Part shown: positions 15,038 to 34,560 of the stretch, one piece after another
Layout: every line of letters starts with the position of its first letter
Position numbering within the stretch: the stretch's first letter is position 1
NCBI RefSeq assembly: GCF_009914755.1
Contig: NC_060925.1
Direction: 5' to 3' (one strand)
Length of the DNA: 64,000 nucleotides
Origin: the human T2T-CHM13v2.0 reference genome, Homo sapiens
Made by a program: the position numbers and the translations under genes
Notes under the pieces: generated by a model
Told to the model about the DNA's origin: nothing
The model's database searches: none
Seen by the model: only the letters and a program-made list of their open reading frames with translations

Positions 15038-16522
15038 CCATGTCCTTTTTAATGCCTGGATTGACTTTGTGGGACATGAGGCCAAGGTACCTTTTAAGAT
15101 GTCACCTGTATAGCATACTAGTAGTGAATGTAGGCTTTGAAGTCAGATGCATCTGGCTGTGAGCTGTGACTAGTCATATACTAGTTGTGTCATTTTGAAC
15201 AGGTTACCTAACCTCTGGCTCCTCAGTTTGTTCATCTGTTTAAAAATTGTGGGAATAACAGTTCCTGCTGGGTCATTGCAAGATGTCAGTGAGACGTGTC
15301 AAGTGCTTAGAATAGGGCTTGGCATAAGTAGAGTCTCAGTAGGGTAGGTGTTATTTAATCCCAGAAATAACTGACAACTTTGGAAGATGAGAGTGAATGT
15401 CTCCGATCATTAATTTATTTAACAAATACTTATCTAGTACTATGTGCCCGGCGCTGTAGACACTGCCATGTTTTATCTCATTCAATATTCACAGTGACTG
15501 CCCAGTGAATGGTATTGCCTCCATCCTCTGAGAAGGTAAAGAGCCTATCCCAGACCCCACGAGTGGAGGCGTCAGGGAGGGGTTCTTGGCAGGAGATGGG
15601 TCTTGTAGAAAGGCTTCTGCTTTGCTTTCACTCACGGCCTGTGGCCAGTTTGCTCAGACAGCTCCCATCAGGACACCATTGGCAGCTTTTGCATGACCCT
15701 GCCTCCCAGGGTCTTCCTGCGTTTTTCCTTAAGTTGCCTTATTCTTTGGTTGTTTCCCTACTTGTTTTTGTTAGACTGTGGGAGGAAGAAATCCATTTCA
15801 AATCTGCTGAAACCTGTTACCAAGCAACAGCAGTGATTAAAAGCAACCTGATGAGTGAGTAAAGAATTAGGGTTTCAGACCTGTAGTTAATGATGGTCTC
15901 TGTCTCCCTGCTGCCCTGCATTCCCTTCCCTTCCGTTCACTGCTGGGTGAAGGAGGGCTTGCTGCATTTTGGAAGTTAAGGGAACCAATAAGGTGACTCT
16001 TTTGCAGATTGGAATATGGTGCTCAGCCAGCCATATGGAAGCACTGTCCTGGCGTGATCTGCCCTGGGCTGTTGGCTCTCTGAGTGCTGTCTTGGGAGGA
16101 GCACTGCCCTTCAGAACAGAAGAGATGGCTTCCAGTCCCCTCTCCCCCTTCTCCCAGTCTCTCTGAGGCTGCTTGTTGGGTATTGGGCGTGCTGTGTACT
16201 AACTCACTCCCGTCTCTTGTCTCATTATCTGAAATGCATCCCCTTTTGCAGAAAGGGCTCAAACGGAGCCTTCAGTTCTGCTCCTCTGCATAGCCGTAGC
16301 TCAGATCCTAGCTCAGGATGTCTTGTCTGGGAAGGGCAAAACATGGTCCCCAGTGTAGCATTTTCACTGGGTTGATTATCTCAGTGGTGGATCATCTATC
16401 ACCCTTGTGTGGTGACTTTGTGAATTATCTGCCTGAGTGCCACTTCCCTTCCACCCTAATCACTGCAGGCTCAGGGAGCAAGAAATAAAATCATGAAATG
16501 CATTCCAAATAAAATTACCTTT

Positions 16523-16837
16523 TGGCTGGGTGCAGTGGCTCACACCTGTAATCTGAGCACTTTGGGAGGCTGAGGTGGGTGGATCGCTTGAGGTCAGGAG
16601 TTCAAGACCAGCCTGGCCAACATGGCAAAACCCCATCTCTACAAAAAATACAACAGCAAAAAAATCAGCCAGGCTAGCTGGTGTGCGCCTATAATCCCAG
16701 CTACTTGGGAGGGAGGCTGAGGCACAAGAATTGCTTGAACCCAGGAGGTGGAAGTTCAGTGAGCCGAGATCGCACCCCTGCACTCCAGCCTGAGCAACAG
16801 AGTGAGACTCTGTCTCAAAAATAAATAAAAAAAAAAA
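16523..16837 (+). mobile_element. AluS-like element in distal 3'UTR
   Basis: ggctgggtgcagtggctcacacc...poly-A. Confidence 0.92.
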
Positions 16838-18496
16838 TCACTTTTTGATACTTCTGTTAAAATAGATAATAAGGAACCATATCTTAAAGTGTGGAGGATC
16901 TGGCTTGGCTTCTGTTTTTGATAGCTCTATGAAAGTGACAGATTTGCATCATGAGACTTAGTGGAATGAATTGGGAAATTGAAGGGCAGCCCAGTGGCTA
17001 TGGATTCTATTTTCTATGGGACTGTCTACGCCAGGCTTTATTTTCTCTTTGCTCAGATAACTTCTGACTAGAGTCGACGGTAGGATTATAAATGGTTTAA
17101 AATACGTATTCTCAAACCTCATTTTCAGCATATAAATTTTTAAGAATCAGTGTTTAAAGGTACGTGAAACCATTTGCTAGATTTTTGTCCTAGTTTTTTT
17201 TTTTTAATTTAAAAATCTTAAGTTTTTTTTAGTAAGCTTAAGATGTCCAGTAGTTTATTTGCAGACAGCATTTTTAAAAAGTGAATAGATGTTTAACTGA
17301 AGTTAAATACAAATTTATGTCTGTGTAACTCTTGGTAAGATATAACAAAACCTAGACATCTAAATTTTTTGGAAATTTTTATTTTAAAAGTTTGTTGGGA
17401 GGTAAAATTGTGTGACTTTACCTTCTGGTTAATAGTTTTATAGTTAAGAAGAAAGTCCAGCGAAGTTTACTTGATCTCAGTTGCACTCCAGAATAGGGGA
17501 TTTAGTTCCACTTTGGTTATTTTCACTTCTACCCTAAATTCATAGTCCCTGATACTTAAGCTTTACCCTTGGCTTACCAGTTTTCATTGCAGCGAGTAAA
17601 TGGGGAGTAGCAGAGCCTTTGTTAATGTAAATTGACAAAAAGTATGTCCTTTTCTAGCAGGAGCAGATAAACTGATAATGGTCTTAGAAATGTAGAAAAT
17701 GATTTTTTGTAGACAGGATGATCTGTCTAGATTGTAGCAAATGATGGTACATATTCACAACAAAGTTGTGCCACTACATTTAATAAACAGCCACAAACAA
17801 CAAAAGGACAACTGGTCCCCGATATAAATGGACTAGCTACCTGGACATAATATCCTTGTGAGGCATCCTTAAAGGACAAATTGCAGCTGGTATTTGGGTG
17901 AATGTTGTTGCTCTGTGCCTGTTGAATGTCCATGCTACAAGAAGTTATGAGCCTTGTTCTAAGTACAGATGAACCTTGTATTTGTGTAATCTCCCAAGGG
18001 AGAGCTATGGTTTACATTCAATTTTTTGGTCTTTCTGCTATGAAACGTGTTTATTTTGCCTCTGTCAATGTGTTTGCAACCTTAAGTAAGGAAAGGGAAA
18101 AAAAAAATAGCCCTCTGAACTCTGATCTTTTGCCGCTTCTGTAGATTTTGATTGTGAAGTTGGGAGTGAGGACATTCAAAAGCCCATGGTGAATGCATAT
18201 GCCTTTAGAATATTGTGCCTGTTTTAAAATGTTTGAGCTTTTAAAATACTTTGTTAAAACATGAATCCATTTTTGTAATTGTATAAATACTCATAACTAA
18301 TTTTGAATGCTACTGATTGTGTAACTGAATTTTTGTATCCAAAAATACATTCTTGAGTACTACTTTTCCTACCTTGAAAATCTATTTCATTTACTAAATA
18401 TTGTTTTCTTTATGCTAACTTAACTTTAAAAGGAATGTTGCCAAGCTGTCTCTCCTCCCCCATCACAATTGTTAGTTTTTTTTGCTTTCTTTCTTC

Positions 18497-18555
18497 AATA
18501 AATGATAGCATTATGATCTTTAATAAATCTAGTGTTGTCTCTTACTCATGTCTGT
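18497..18555 (+). terminator. Tandem polyadenylation signals with downstream GU-rich element
   Basis: AATAAA at 18497-18502 and 18522-18527, then gtgttgtctct; U-rich upstream sequence with TGTA motifs. Confidence 0.65.
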
Positions 18556-18830
18556 ATTTCCAGGAGTCTTTAAGCCAAAGGAAGACTGTAGAACTGTAAG
18601 AAAAAACCGTATCTTTAATTTGAATTCTCAGTGTGTAGCACACATTATAGGCACTTAAAGATGTTTTGGGGGACCTAACCTGACATGTAGTCCTCTCTTT
18701 TAAATGACTTAGGGTTTCACATGGGTCTAGGGACAGTTTGGAAGGTTTTTAAAAAGTAAGACATTTCCTTAAGTGTTTATTTTGGAAAAAAAATACACAC
18801 ACACATACATACATACATACAAACAAATAA

Positions 18831-25580
<6,750 letters not shown>

Positions 25581-28332
25581 GCTCTCCACATTTGTTCCTT
25601 TCCCACATTTGTTCCTTCTCATCATTATTAGAGACTACGTTGGGGATTTAGAGTGACATCTCATTATATACCTAGAAAATCAGTGCAGAATCATTTTAGG
25701 GTGTTGTTTCTGGTTAAAAATCAGATATTTGGGGGTCTGACAAATAGTAGGCTTGCAAAAACCTAACCTTTCAGTCATGGAAAGGGATGAACTGTTGGCA
25801 TGGAAGGGTATCTTAAAGGGCTCTGATGACAGTGTATTGGAACTGACCCTGGAAACTAATGAAAGAGTAATCCTCCCTAAATCAACCCAAAGCTGGTAAT
25901 CCCCAAGGCTGCATGTTGGTGATTAAAAAAGAAAGGTAGGAGCAGCTGTCTTTTTGTTCAGTTTAATTATGACCCAGTACCTGGGTGAGTGCTAATTTCC
26001 TGGTGGCACTGGAAGTGGGTGGGAAAAGGTGTTAGGTTTCTGCAGGCTGCGGGGACTAAATGTGCAGACGTGGATTCTGCCTGGTGTATGTCTAGGGATC
26101 CGGCCACAGTTCAGGGGAGCTCAAGCTTGTGAGGTCAGGTTGCATGGCTTTTAATTTCTGCCCTTTAAATTGGAGACATGGGCTGCTGTGTGCCAGAGGA
26201 CACAGCAGTACTATCAGGTGTCAGCTAGACTGCACACCTTAATTAATAGCTCTTTTGCCCCCCCTCAACAACTAGCTACAGGGCAGCTGCTGAGCCTGTG
26301 AGATAGAACTTATGTTATTAAGCAGAAGAGAAACATTTAGCCCTCCGAATCATTTCAGCAGGGTTCCAGTCCAGAGGTCACAGCACTGGGCATCTCCTTT
26401 CCCTGGGTCCCCGTTCCCAGTATTCAAGTTGGTGTCCACGGGTGTGTTTATAGCCAGTCTGTGAACTACAGAATGTTCATCGAAATTAATGCCCCTGCTC
26501 ATGGTGAACATGCAACATCATTCCTCCTGATTCTTCTTGTGTTCTCTGTCCTGGAGAATTGTCCTGCCGTTTGCCCCGTTGTCCAACTGGATAGCTGAAC
26601 CATCATCCTGGATACCTTCTCCCTTAATAGCCATATCCAGTGATGGCCAATTCCTATGGATTCTGCCTTCTAAATACCTCTGCTATGCCCTTTCCTGCAT
26701 TGCACCTGCCTGTTCCTTGCGTGGTGCTGAGGTTTGAGGTATGATTGATCTGTCACCCAGGTAATGAGCATAGTAATTGATAGTTTTTCAACCTCTGCCT
26801 CGCCTTCCCTTCCTCCCTCCCCCTTTCATCTTCCATCTTTTGTGGTTTTCAAGTTTTACCACCACTATTACTTTACAGGCATTTCACACTACTCTCTGTT
26901 TAGTTTTACTCTTGTCCTAAGCAACATTCTCCTTAAAGGCATAGGTTTCAAATTCTAGTTGCATTTCTCTGCTATAACTATTATAGTAACAAATGTTAGT
27001 TCATGTGCCAACTAAAATTATTTCCTTGTGGGAAATATGGAACATTCCAAGCCCTTAATCATTTCCTCTCTAGTCTGATATTCCACTGGCTGAACTTGCT
27101 GCTATTTGAATACTCAATGCGTTAATGCCTCCTGAACTTTTCATGGAATAGTCTCCTTTTCCTGGAATGTAGTTCCTCCCTGGCCCAAGGCAAACATCTA
27201 CTTCAAAACTGAGCTTGTATGTTCCCTCCTCTGTGAAGGCGTCCCTGGTTCCTGCAGAGAATTGCAAGCTTTCTCTGTTCTATGCTTCCTTCCAAACTTC
27301 CATTGCGGGAAATTTGTTGATCTCCTCACTGTAAGCTCCCTGAGGTCCAATATGCCTGGCACAAAGTAAACACTCAGTGGGTGAATGAATGGGTGAAATG
27401 ATGCCAGGAAAGTCACTCCTATCCTTGTTACCATGAGCCCCATCTCTAAAATCAGAGGATGTTTGGGAGATCTCAGATTTCTTTTCAGCTCTTTCTAGTA
27501 TGTGAAGAAAAAGGTATAGCAAAATTAATTGTCTGTGGACACAGGATTATTTGTGGCAGAATCCAGAACCCGCATTCTTTTACTGTTTCCTGTGGACTTC
27601 AACATTTCAGATTCCTTCTGATAAGGTGGCCCACATGGGGAAGGTGGGCACCTGCAGGCCCCAAGCTGAGGAGAAAGTCTCAAGTGAGTGGGGTTCCTGC
27701 CTGGGCTCCCGCATGACCCTTCCACTTGCAAGCTGGAGCACTCTGCGTAAGCAACTGAAAATGCATCTCAGATATTTTCATAAATAGCTAGACTTCTATA
27801 GGAATAAAACTCAGCTGTCTAACGTGAGACTCAGACATGCTTGTGCTGGGAGAAAAGCAGTTCTAGACCTCCTTGTGCCTGGCTGTTTGATTCACTCATG
27901 TTGATCATTCTTGGGGCCTTCCCAAGTGAAGATTTTCCTCTACTTCTCCTTCTTCTGCAATGTTTCATTCAAGCCACAATTTTAAGGTGCTCAGAGTTTT
28001 GCATGACATCTCAGGTCTTCCATCTCCATCCTAATATTAAATCACCAGGGCATAGCTTCTTCATAGTCTTCATAGACTGGGAATTGTCAGTATTATTTTT
28101 AATTGCATTGATTTTTTTGAGGGGGATGTCTGTGTATTTTGTTTTTAATTGATTGGACACTTTGTTGGAAGTGCAACATTCCCAGAGTCTGAGAAGAGGC
28201 ATGTAACATTTGACTTAAAACATAATAGTTTTATTATTTGTTACTGAAAAATGTTTTCTGATTTCTGGGTGGGAAGTTATCTTTTAATGTTTTCACATTT
28301 GGACTATCTCAAATACAGCAAAGATGTATAAT

Positions 28333-28625
28333 TTTTTTTTTTCAGAGATAGAATCTTGCTTTGTTGCTCAGGCTGGAGTATAGTGGTACAATTATGGCTC
28401 ACTCTAACCTCCAACTACTGAGCTCAAGGGATCCTTTCCACTCAGCCTCTCGAGTAGCTGGGACTATAGGTATGCACCACTACAAATAGCTAATTTTTCT
28501 TTAATTTTTTTATAGAGACAAGGTCTCACTATGTTGCCCATGCTGGTGTTGAATTCCTCAAGTGATCCTCCCGCCTTGGCCTTCTGAAGTGTTTAGATTA
28601 CAGGGGTGAGCCACCGTGCCTGGCC
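28333..28625 (-). mobile_element. AluJ-like element
   Basis: Diverged Alu reverse complement with poly-T. Confidence 0.88.
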
Positions 28626-28834
28626 CCAAAATATTTAAAAATAAAAATGTTCTTGAAAAAAATCTTTATGAAATATCAGTTTTCTCTTAAAAATGCCTCG
28701 ATAAATATTATGATGCCTCTAGATGCTATTAATTTTTTTCTTAACATCAGTTTTTGCCTCACTACACCTTGATAGATTAAATAATAAACCAAGCAATAAT
28801 AATAAAGGACCTACTATGTGCCAGCTACTGGATC

Positions 28835-28954
28835 TTTTTTTTTTTTTTTTAATATGAAACACTTCATGAATTTGCATGTCATCCTTGTACAGGGACCATG
28901 TTAATCTTCTCTGTATCATTGCAGTTTTAGTAGATGTGCTGCCGAAGCAAGCAC
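28835..28954 (-). pseudogene. RNU6-1310P: U6 snRNA retropseudogene with poly-A tail and TSD
   Basis: Minus strand reads GTGCTTGCTTCGGCAGCACATCTACTAAAACTGCAATGATACAGAGAAGATTAAC...TTCATATT plus A16; decayed TSD agctactggatctt (28823) / agctgttgggtctt (28955). U6 identity is clear; the symbol is from memory and less certain. Confidence 0.9.
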
Positions 28955-29334
28955 AGCTGTTGGGTCTTACGGTTAAAAGTAATATGGGCTCATTATATTG
29001 TAGGCAAAACAATTTAGTGATTTAATCCTAAGATGCAGATATGAGTCTCTATTTTCAAATATTGAAGATATATTGTATAGCACATTGTCTAAGATTTAAC
29101 TTTGTATTTCACGGAAGTATTGTGCTGCAAAGACACCTGAAGAGAGAAGAAAATGAGTGACTTGTTCCCTAAGATGCTCGGCCAGGACCTACTTACAAAA
29201 TATGCTAGGAACACAAATGTGAAGCTCTTAGAAAATAATTCAGAAAGCCAGTAACCCACTATAATAGAAAGCCAGAATATCATATCTGAGGAGGATGAGG
29301 CTTCCATGAAATGTTATGAGCTTTTGTTTGTTGA

Positions 29335-29619
29335 GACTTTGAGAGAGGGTCTTGCTGTTTTACCCAGGCTAGAGTGCAGTAGTGTGATCATAGTTCACTA
29401 TAGCCTCAAACTTCTGGGCTCAAGTGGTCCTCCTGCCTCAAACTCCCAAGAAGCTAGGACTACAGGCACATACCACCATGCCCATCTAATTTTTAATTTT
29501 TCTGTAGTGATGGGATCTTGCTATGTTGCCCAGGCTGATCTTGAACTCCAGGGCTCAAGTGATCCCTCACAGTCTCCCAAAGTGATGAGATTGTAGGTGT
29601 GACCCACCATGCCTTGCCC
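29335..29619 (-). mobile_element. AluJ-like element
   Basis: Diverged Alu reverse complement. Confidence 0.85.
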
Positions 29620-29623
29620 ACTT

Positions 29624-29670
<47 letters not shown>
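29624..29670. repeat. A-run plus (TA)n microsatellite
   Basis: aaaaaaaaaaaaaaatatatata... Confidence 0.9.
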
Positions 29671-29674
<4 letters not shown>

Positions 29675-29724
29675 AATTCACCCCTCACTAATAAGTGAAA
29701 TGGCAACAGTCATGTAGTACCATC

Positions 29725-30049
29725 TGTCAGGTTCCAACCTGAGCTGGGGTCTGAAGGGAGTTCGTGGATGGGTGGCAGGTAGCGGAAAGAACACTCAAGG
29801 GACCATAGGCGGTTGGGACATGGCTTTATTCTCTCCCCTCCTACAGAGTCAGCAGTGCAGTTATATTACAGATGATAATGGCTTAAAGCCTCATATGAGC
29901 TCACACAGGCAGGTTACATCAAATGGCTACATAAATATGATTATATAATGCACGGGGTTGTGCGCCTGTGCTTCAAACCTGCTGTGTCAGGCTGTACCAG
30001 ATGTCTACCTCAGCCTACTCCTGATTGCAGCACAGCCATTTACCTTACA
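29725..30049 (-). repeat. 3' LTR (LTR18)
   Basis: Minus strand TGTAAGG...CCTGACA; AATAAA at 29825-29830; PPT (agagggtggag) immediately upstream on the minus strand at 30050-30060. Confidence 0.92.
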
Positions 30050-30059
30050 CTCCACCCTC

Positions 30060-31250
30060 TAGGCCGAGGGAGTCCTTGTAGTGGGGAGACGTGCCCACAG
30101 GGTGGAACTTTGGACTCATAGGCCACAGCAGCAATATAGGGAGCAACAACTCACTACTAATATTCCCGCTATGCTGCCCATAATTATTAGGGTCCAGCAT
30201 AGGCCAGAGCCTAAAGATGCTCACCATGTCTGTAGGGGGTCATCAGTAAGGCTGTCAACTGCCTTGATTTCCTGGGAAACTCTTGCAAAGCTGCTGTTAT
30301 GTTTTGTTCATTATCAGGGATGAAGGCACAACATTGCTTTCCCAAAAGAACACAGGTGCCACCTTGGACAGCAGTTAATATGTTGAGCACCACCCAGTTC
30401 TGCAGTACCACCTTCCTGGTTTGATCAACCTCATCTGTTAACAGAAGGAGGGCAACTCGGGTGTAATTCAAGGCTCAAGCTGTGTGCTCTGCAAGGGCCG
30501 TAACTTGCATTTCTACAAGGGCCGTAACTTGCGTTTCTACAGATGACACCATTAACACCAGGGATGGTTAATGCTAAGGGGTAGAGCCACCAGGAGGTTC
30601 GTTGCACTCACAAAAGCTGGGAACGTAGTGCCTCCCAGTTATGTGGGCACCTAGGTAATGTGGGAATAACAGTGGCAGGCACATAAGGCCTCCCCTAGGT
30701 ACAGCAGCCAGTCCAATTCACTCGCAAAGATGACCATCCTGTGTCTTCATATGTCTATAAATTTCCAGGGGGGCACTAAGTCCACTGGGGCCCAGCATTG
30801 ATGAGGCAGCCAATTCCATTGCACCTTTGGTGTGGTGACATATGTTATATTTGTGCAGGCTATGGCAGGTAACCACCCCACGGTGACATTACCCCAATGC
30901 TGCTCTATACATCATGGTACCTGTGGTAGGGGCACCACATGTTCTCCCACTAACCAGCCCCATCCATCATAGTCGCTATGGGTCACCCAGTGGGTGGGCA
31001 TGCTATGGGTTTTGTGGCATCCCCTATCCAAAACTTGTCATGTTGCATTCTAAACGTTGGCCTTGGGACCCCAAATGTCTAACCATGTCCAGTTTTCCAT
31101 AGAACCTAGATATATGTGCCAGGGCAAGCCATCCACAGCTGCTGCTGGAAGGGCAGTGCAGATTCAACAGTTGGAAACATTGGTCACCTCAGTGTAGGTG
31201 TGTGCCCAGTCCACAATGCTGTTGGAGCATGTCAGCCTATGGTCAAAACG
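30060..31250 (-). pseudogene. HERV-S env remnant
   Basis: ORF 30211-30471 has ISD-like LQNWVVLNILTAVQGGT plus CX6CC (CVLLGKQCC); decayed furin site (*VQR) and fusion peptide WWLYPLALTIPG near 30560-30618; start boundary approximate. Confidence 0.85.
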
Positions 31251-31449
31251 ATAAAGCAGTCACACCCCTCAGGCAAAATACAGGCCAACCTTTCATTCCT
31301 GAATAACAATGCAGCCACCAAGGGCTTCTGCCCTAGGCAATGGCACCACATCTTCTCAGCTCCCCATGGTTCCTTTGGGTCCTGTATCTGTGCCAAAGTC
31401 ACTGGGGAGCTCATAATAGGCCACACAGATAATACATATGGACCCCAGA

Positions 31450-34400
31450 GGAGGATTCCTTCCCTGGCCATTCCTCTATGAACGGTCAATCACGGAGGCC
31501 ATATATTAAATACCTAAGGAGTGACATGTAAATCATACTGTTGGCCCTCCTCCTAGGGGCTACGATAGCTAACCATTGGCAATGGGGGGCTTGGAGGGTC
31601 CATGGCCAAAGCCAGGTTCTTTGTTCCCCTGACTTTAGGGGTGCTGGGGCAGGCAACAACAGGTTACTGTTTGTCCCCATACCTGGTCGGAGGAGGTCAT
31701 CCCTGGTGCGTATCTGTAACTGGATGGGGGCAGCGGCCTGGTATAGCAGTGCCTCCACCAGGGCTGGGCCACCTTTCCGTGGCCGTTCATTCAAGATTTG
31801 GAGCACCAGGTCCAACCATGAACTCCAGCCCTGCAAAGATGGGGGAGTAACATGCAAGCATAACCCGTTTTTCAGGAGTCCATTATATCATTCAATCATA
31901 CCAGTAGCTTGTGGAACATGGAACCTCCACTTTATGTCCATCTGTTGTGCCCACTGTTGTACCTGCTGTCCAGTAAAATGTGTTCCCCTATTGCTTTCAA
32001 TGATCAGGGGACAACCATATAGGGCACACAAGTGTTGCAGGGCCTAAATGGTGTGTTGTTGGTCAGTTATCCTGCAAGGGTAGGCAAATAACAGACTGGT
32101 GGCCATGTCTACAGCCGTCAGTACATGTGTATGCCCCTGTGACCTTGGAAGCGGCTCAATGTAGTCTATTTGCCATCTAGCCAAGGGCATCCACCCTACC
32201 ATCACTTGTTGTGTAACCCTAGGCAGCTGCCTGTCTGGTGTATGTCCGTGTGCATGCTGGGCACTTCTGGCAGGCCTCCCAGATATCTTATGTTGGCAAG
32301 GATAGACCCCAGCGCTTACTGACCTGTTGCATTAGTTTATCCCTCACATGGCCCAATTTTTGGTGCAGGCATAGGGCTATATCTTGTGTAGATGCTGACT
32401 CCAACCACTGGATCTTGGCCAAGGTATCTGCCTCATCATTGCCGGGGGCAGCCAAAAACACAGGGCCTGACACATGATAAATAGTTACATCCTTTTGGTG
32501 GCCCATTTCCCATAGGTTTTGCCACATGGCCTGGCCCCAAATGGGCAGGTGGCCAACTAGCCAATTCTGTAACTTCTAGGTAGTTAACCACAAGGTCAGG
32601 CCTCGATAAGCTGCCCAGCTGTCAGTGCAGATTACCACAGGTGTCTCCTCCTTGGTGATCACCATCCATACTGCCCTGAGTTCAGTCCATTGACTACTTT
32701 GTCTACACCCAGTATCAAACCATATGGTTTCAGTACTAGGCTGGACGACGACAGTTGTCCAGGCAGCAGTAGCACCCCAGCTGGACTCATCCATATACCA
32801 TGCCCCATCAGGAATGGGGGGTGCCCTTCTTTAAACAGTGATGGCTCAGGGTTTAAGAGTGCCTCAGGCTGACCCATAGCCTTATCTTACGTTGGAACTA
32901 CAGGTCCCAAGACTTCTTGTAATTCTGCTGCTAAGGGGCTTGTACTCAGTGTGCTCCACTATTCTAAGTAGGTGCCCCACTTTGCTAAGGTGGATGTCTG
33001 TGCCATCCCAGTCCAGGGGGTGGTTACCCATGAATGTACCCAACCCGCTATTGGGTAAGTCATTCAGTCGATGACTGTAGCCCTTCCTGTCACACTCACA
33101 AGCCTGAAGGGCAGCATATGCAGCTGCTAATTGCTTCTCTATCGAGAGATACCAGAAATCAGCTCCCTTCCAAAGTTGGGACCAAAAGCCTAGTGGTGTT
33201 CTAAAGTGCTCCATGCTCTGCCATAGGCCCCAGCCAAAACCATCTGCGGTCACATGCACATCAAGTTCAAATGAGCACCCTGGGTTAATTACTCGTAGGG
33301 CCTGTGCTTGCTGTATGGCCCACTTGGCTGCCAGAAAAACCATTTCAGCATCATTGTCCCAATCCCAGGTAGCTCCCTTTTTTGTCAACTGATACAATGG
33401 TTTTACCATCTGAGCTAAATGGGGGCAGGAATGCCCGCCAATATCCTAAGAGGCCCACAAAAGTCTGTAGCTGCTTCATCATTGTGGGCTGGGGATATGC
33501 TGAATTTTATCAACGGCCTCTGGTATGCCCTTCTTCTTACCTCAGCAGATAACTCCCAAGAATTTGGCAGACCCCTGGACCTTGGAATCCAGGCCCTTGG
33601 ACCTTGGATTCGTTGATAGCCCAAATGCGTGCTGCCAAATGTTATTGCAAGAGGGGTGCCGCTGCTTCTAAATCTGCAAGAGAATCAGAGGTTAACATAA
33701 TATCATCAATATAATGGAATAGGTGGACCCCCTTTGGACATTTCTAGGTGGCTAAATCCATGGCAATGAGACAGTGACGTATGCTGGGGCTATGCACATA
33801 GTCCCGCCTCAACACTGTGAGAGTCCCTTGTTGCCCTTTCCATGTGAAGGCAAACTGTTCCTGGCTCTCTGGAGCAATGTCAATTGAGAAGTATGTATTG
33901 GCAAGTCTACCACATAGCGGTACTGTCCCAATTCCGTCGTCAAGCGGCCCATCAAATCAGTGATAGACAGTACAGCTGCATGTAAAGGGAGTGTTACTTT
34001 ATTTAGTTCTCAATAATCCACCATCATTCGCCAAGTTCCATCAGGCTTTCTGACTGGTCATACCAGAGCATTGTAGGGGCTGTGGGTGCCACGCACTATC
34101 TGCACCTCCTTTAACTTCTTAATAGTCTCAGTTTTCTCTGTATGCTCACCTGGAAAGCGGTATTGACGGGTGGAAGTAACTTGTCAGGGTTATGGCAGGA
34201 CCTGGGGCTGGCGATGCGTATGTCCGCACAGTACCAGCTTAACCACAAGTACTTGGAGTCTGAATTCTCTGGCTGTGGTTTGTAAAGCCAAGCCATGTAA
34301 AATATCCACCCCCAGAATGTATTCAGGTATGGGAGAGACATATGCAATTATAAATGGAGAGCTAAGTGGCCGATGCCAAGGTGCAAAGATACAGGTTTCA

Positions 34401-34560
34401 CTTTCACTGACCGGCCTCCATAGCCATCTGTATATGTAACCTTGCCCGGAAATTTATTCGGGTGCCCATAGACGAGGTACAATCTGCACTGGTGTCTACC
34501 AGTGCCAGCACCCACCATACGCTGGTGGGGGACCAGTGGATTGCCTATTTCACATGTGGC
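31450..34560 (-). pseudogene. HERV-S pro-pol remnant (PR, RT, RNase H, IN), disrupted
   Basis: Protease ALVDTSAD at ~34488-34505; RT HLFHYIDDIML (YIDD 33702-33713); RNase H ...ELRAV...ICTDSW (32576-32794); IN HQKLGH/CQKCPAC, WQIDY, YNGLLKNGL; many stops and frameshifts. Confidence 0.9.

Noticed and set aside
30045-31250. Domesticated syncytin-like env
   Set aside because: Stop at the furin site plus frameshifts; the longest env-frame piece is ~86 aa
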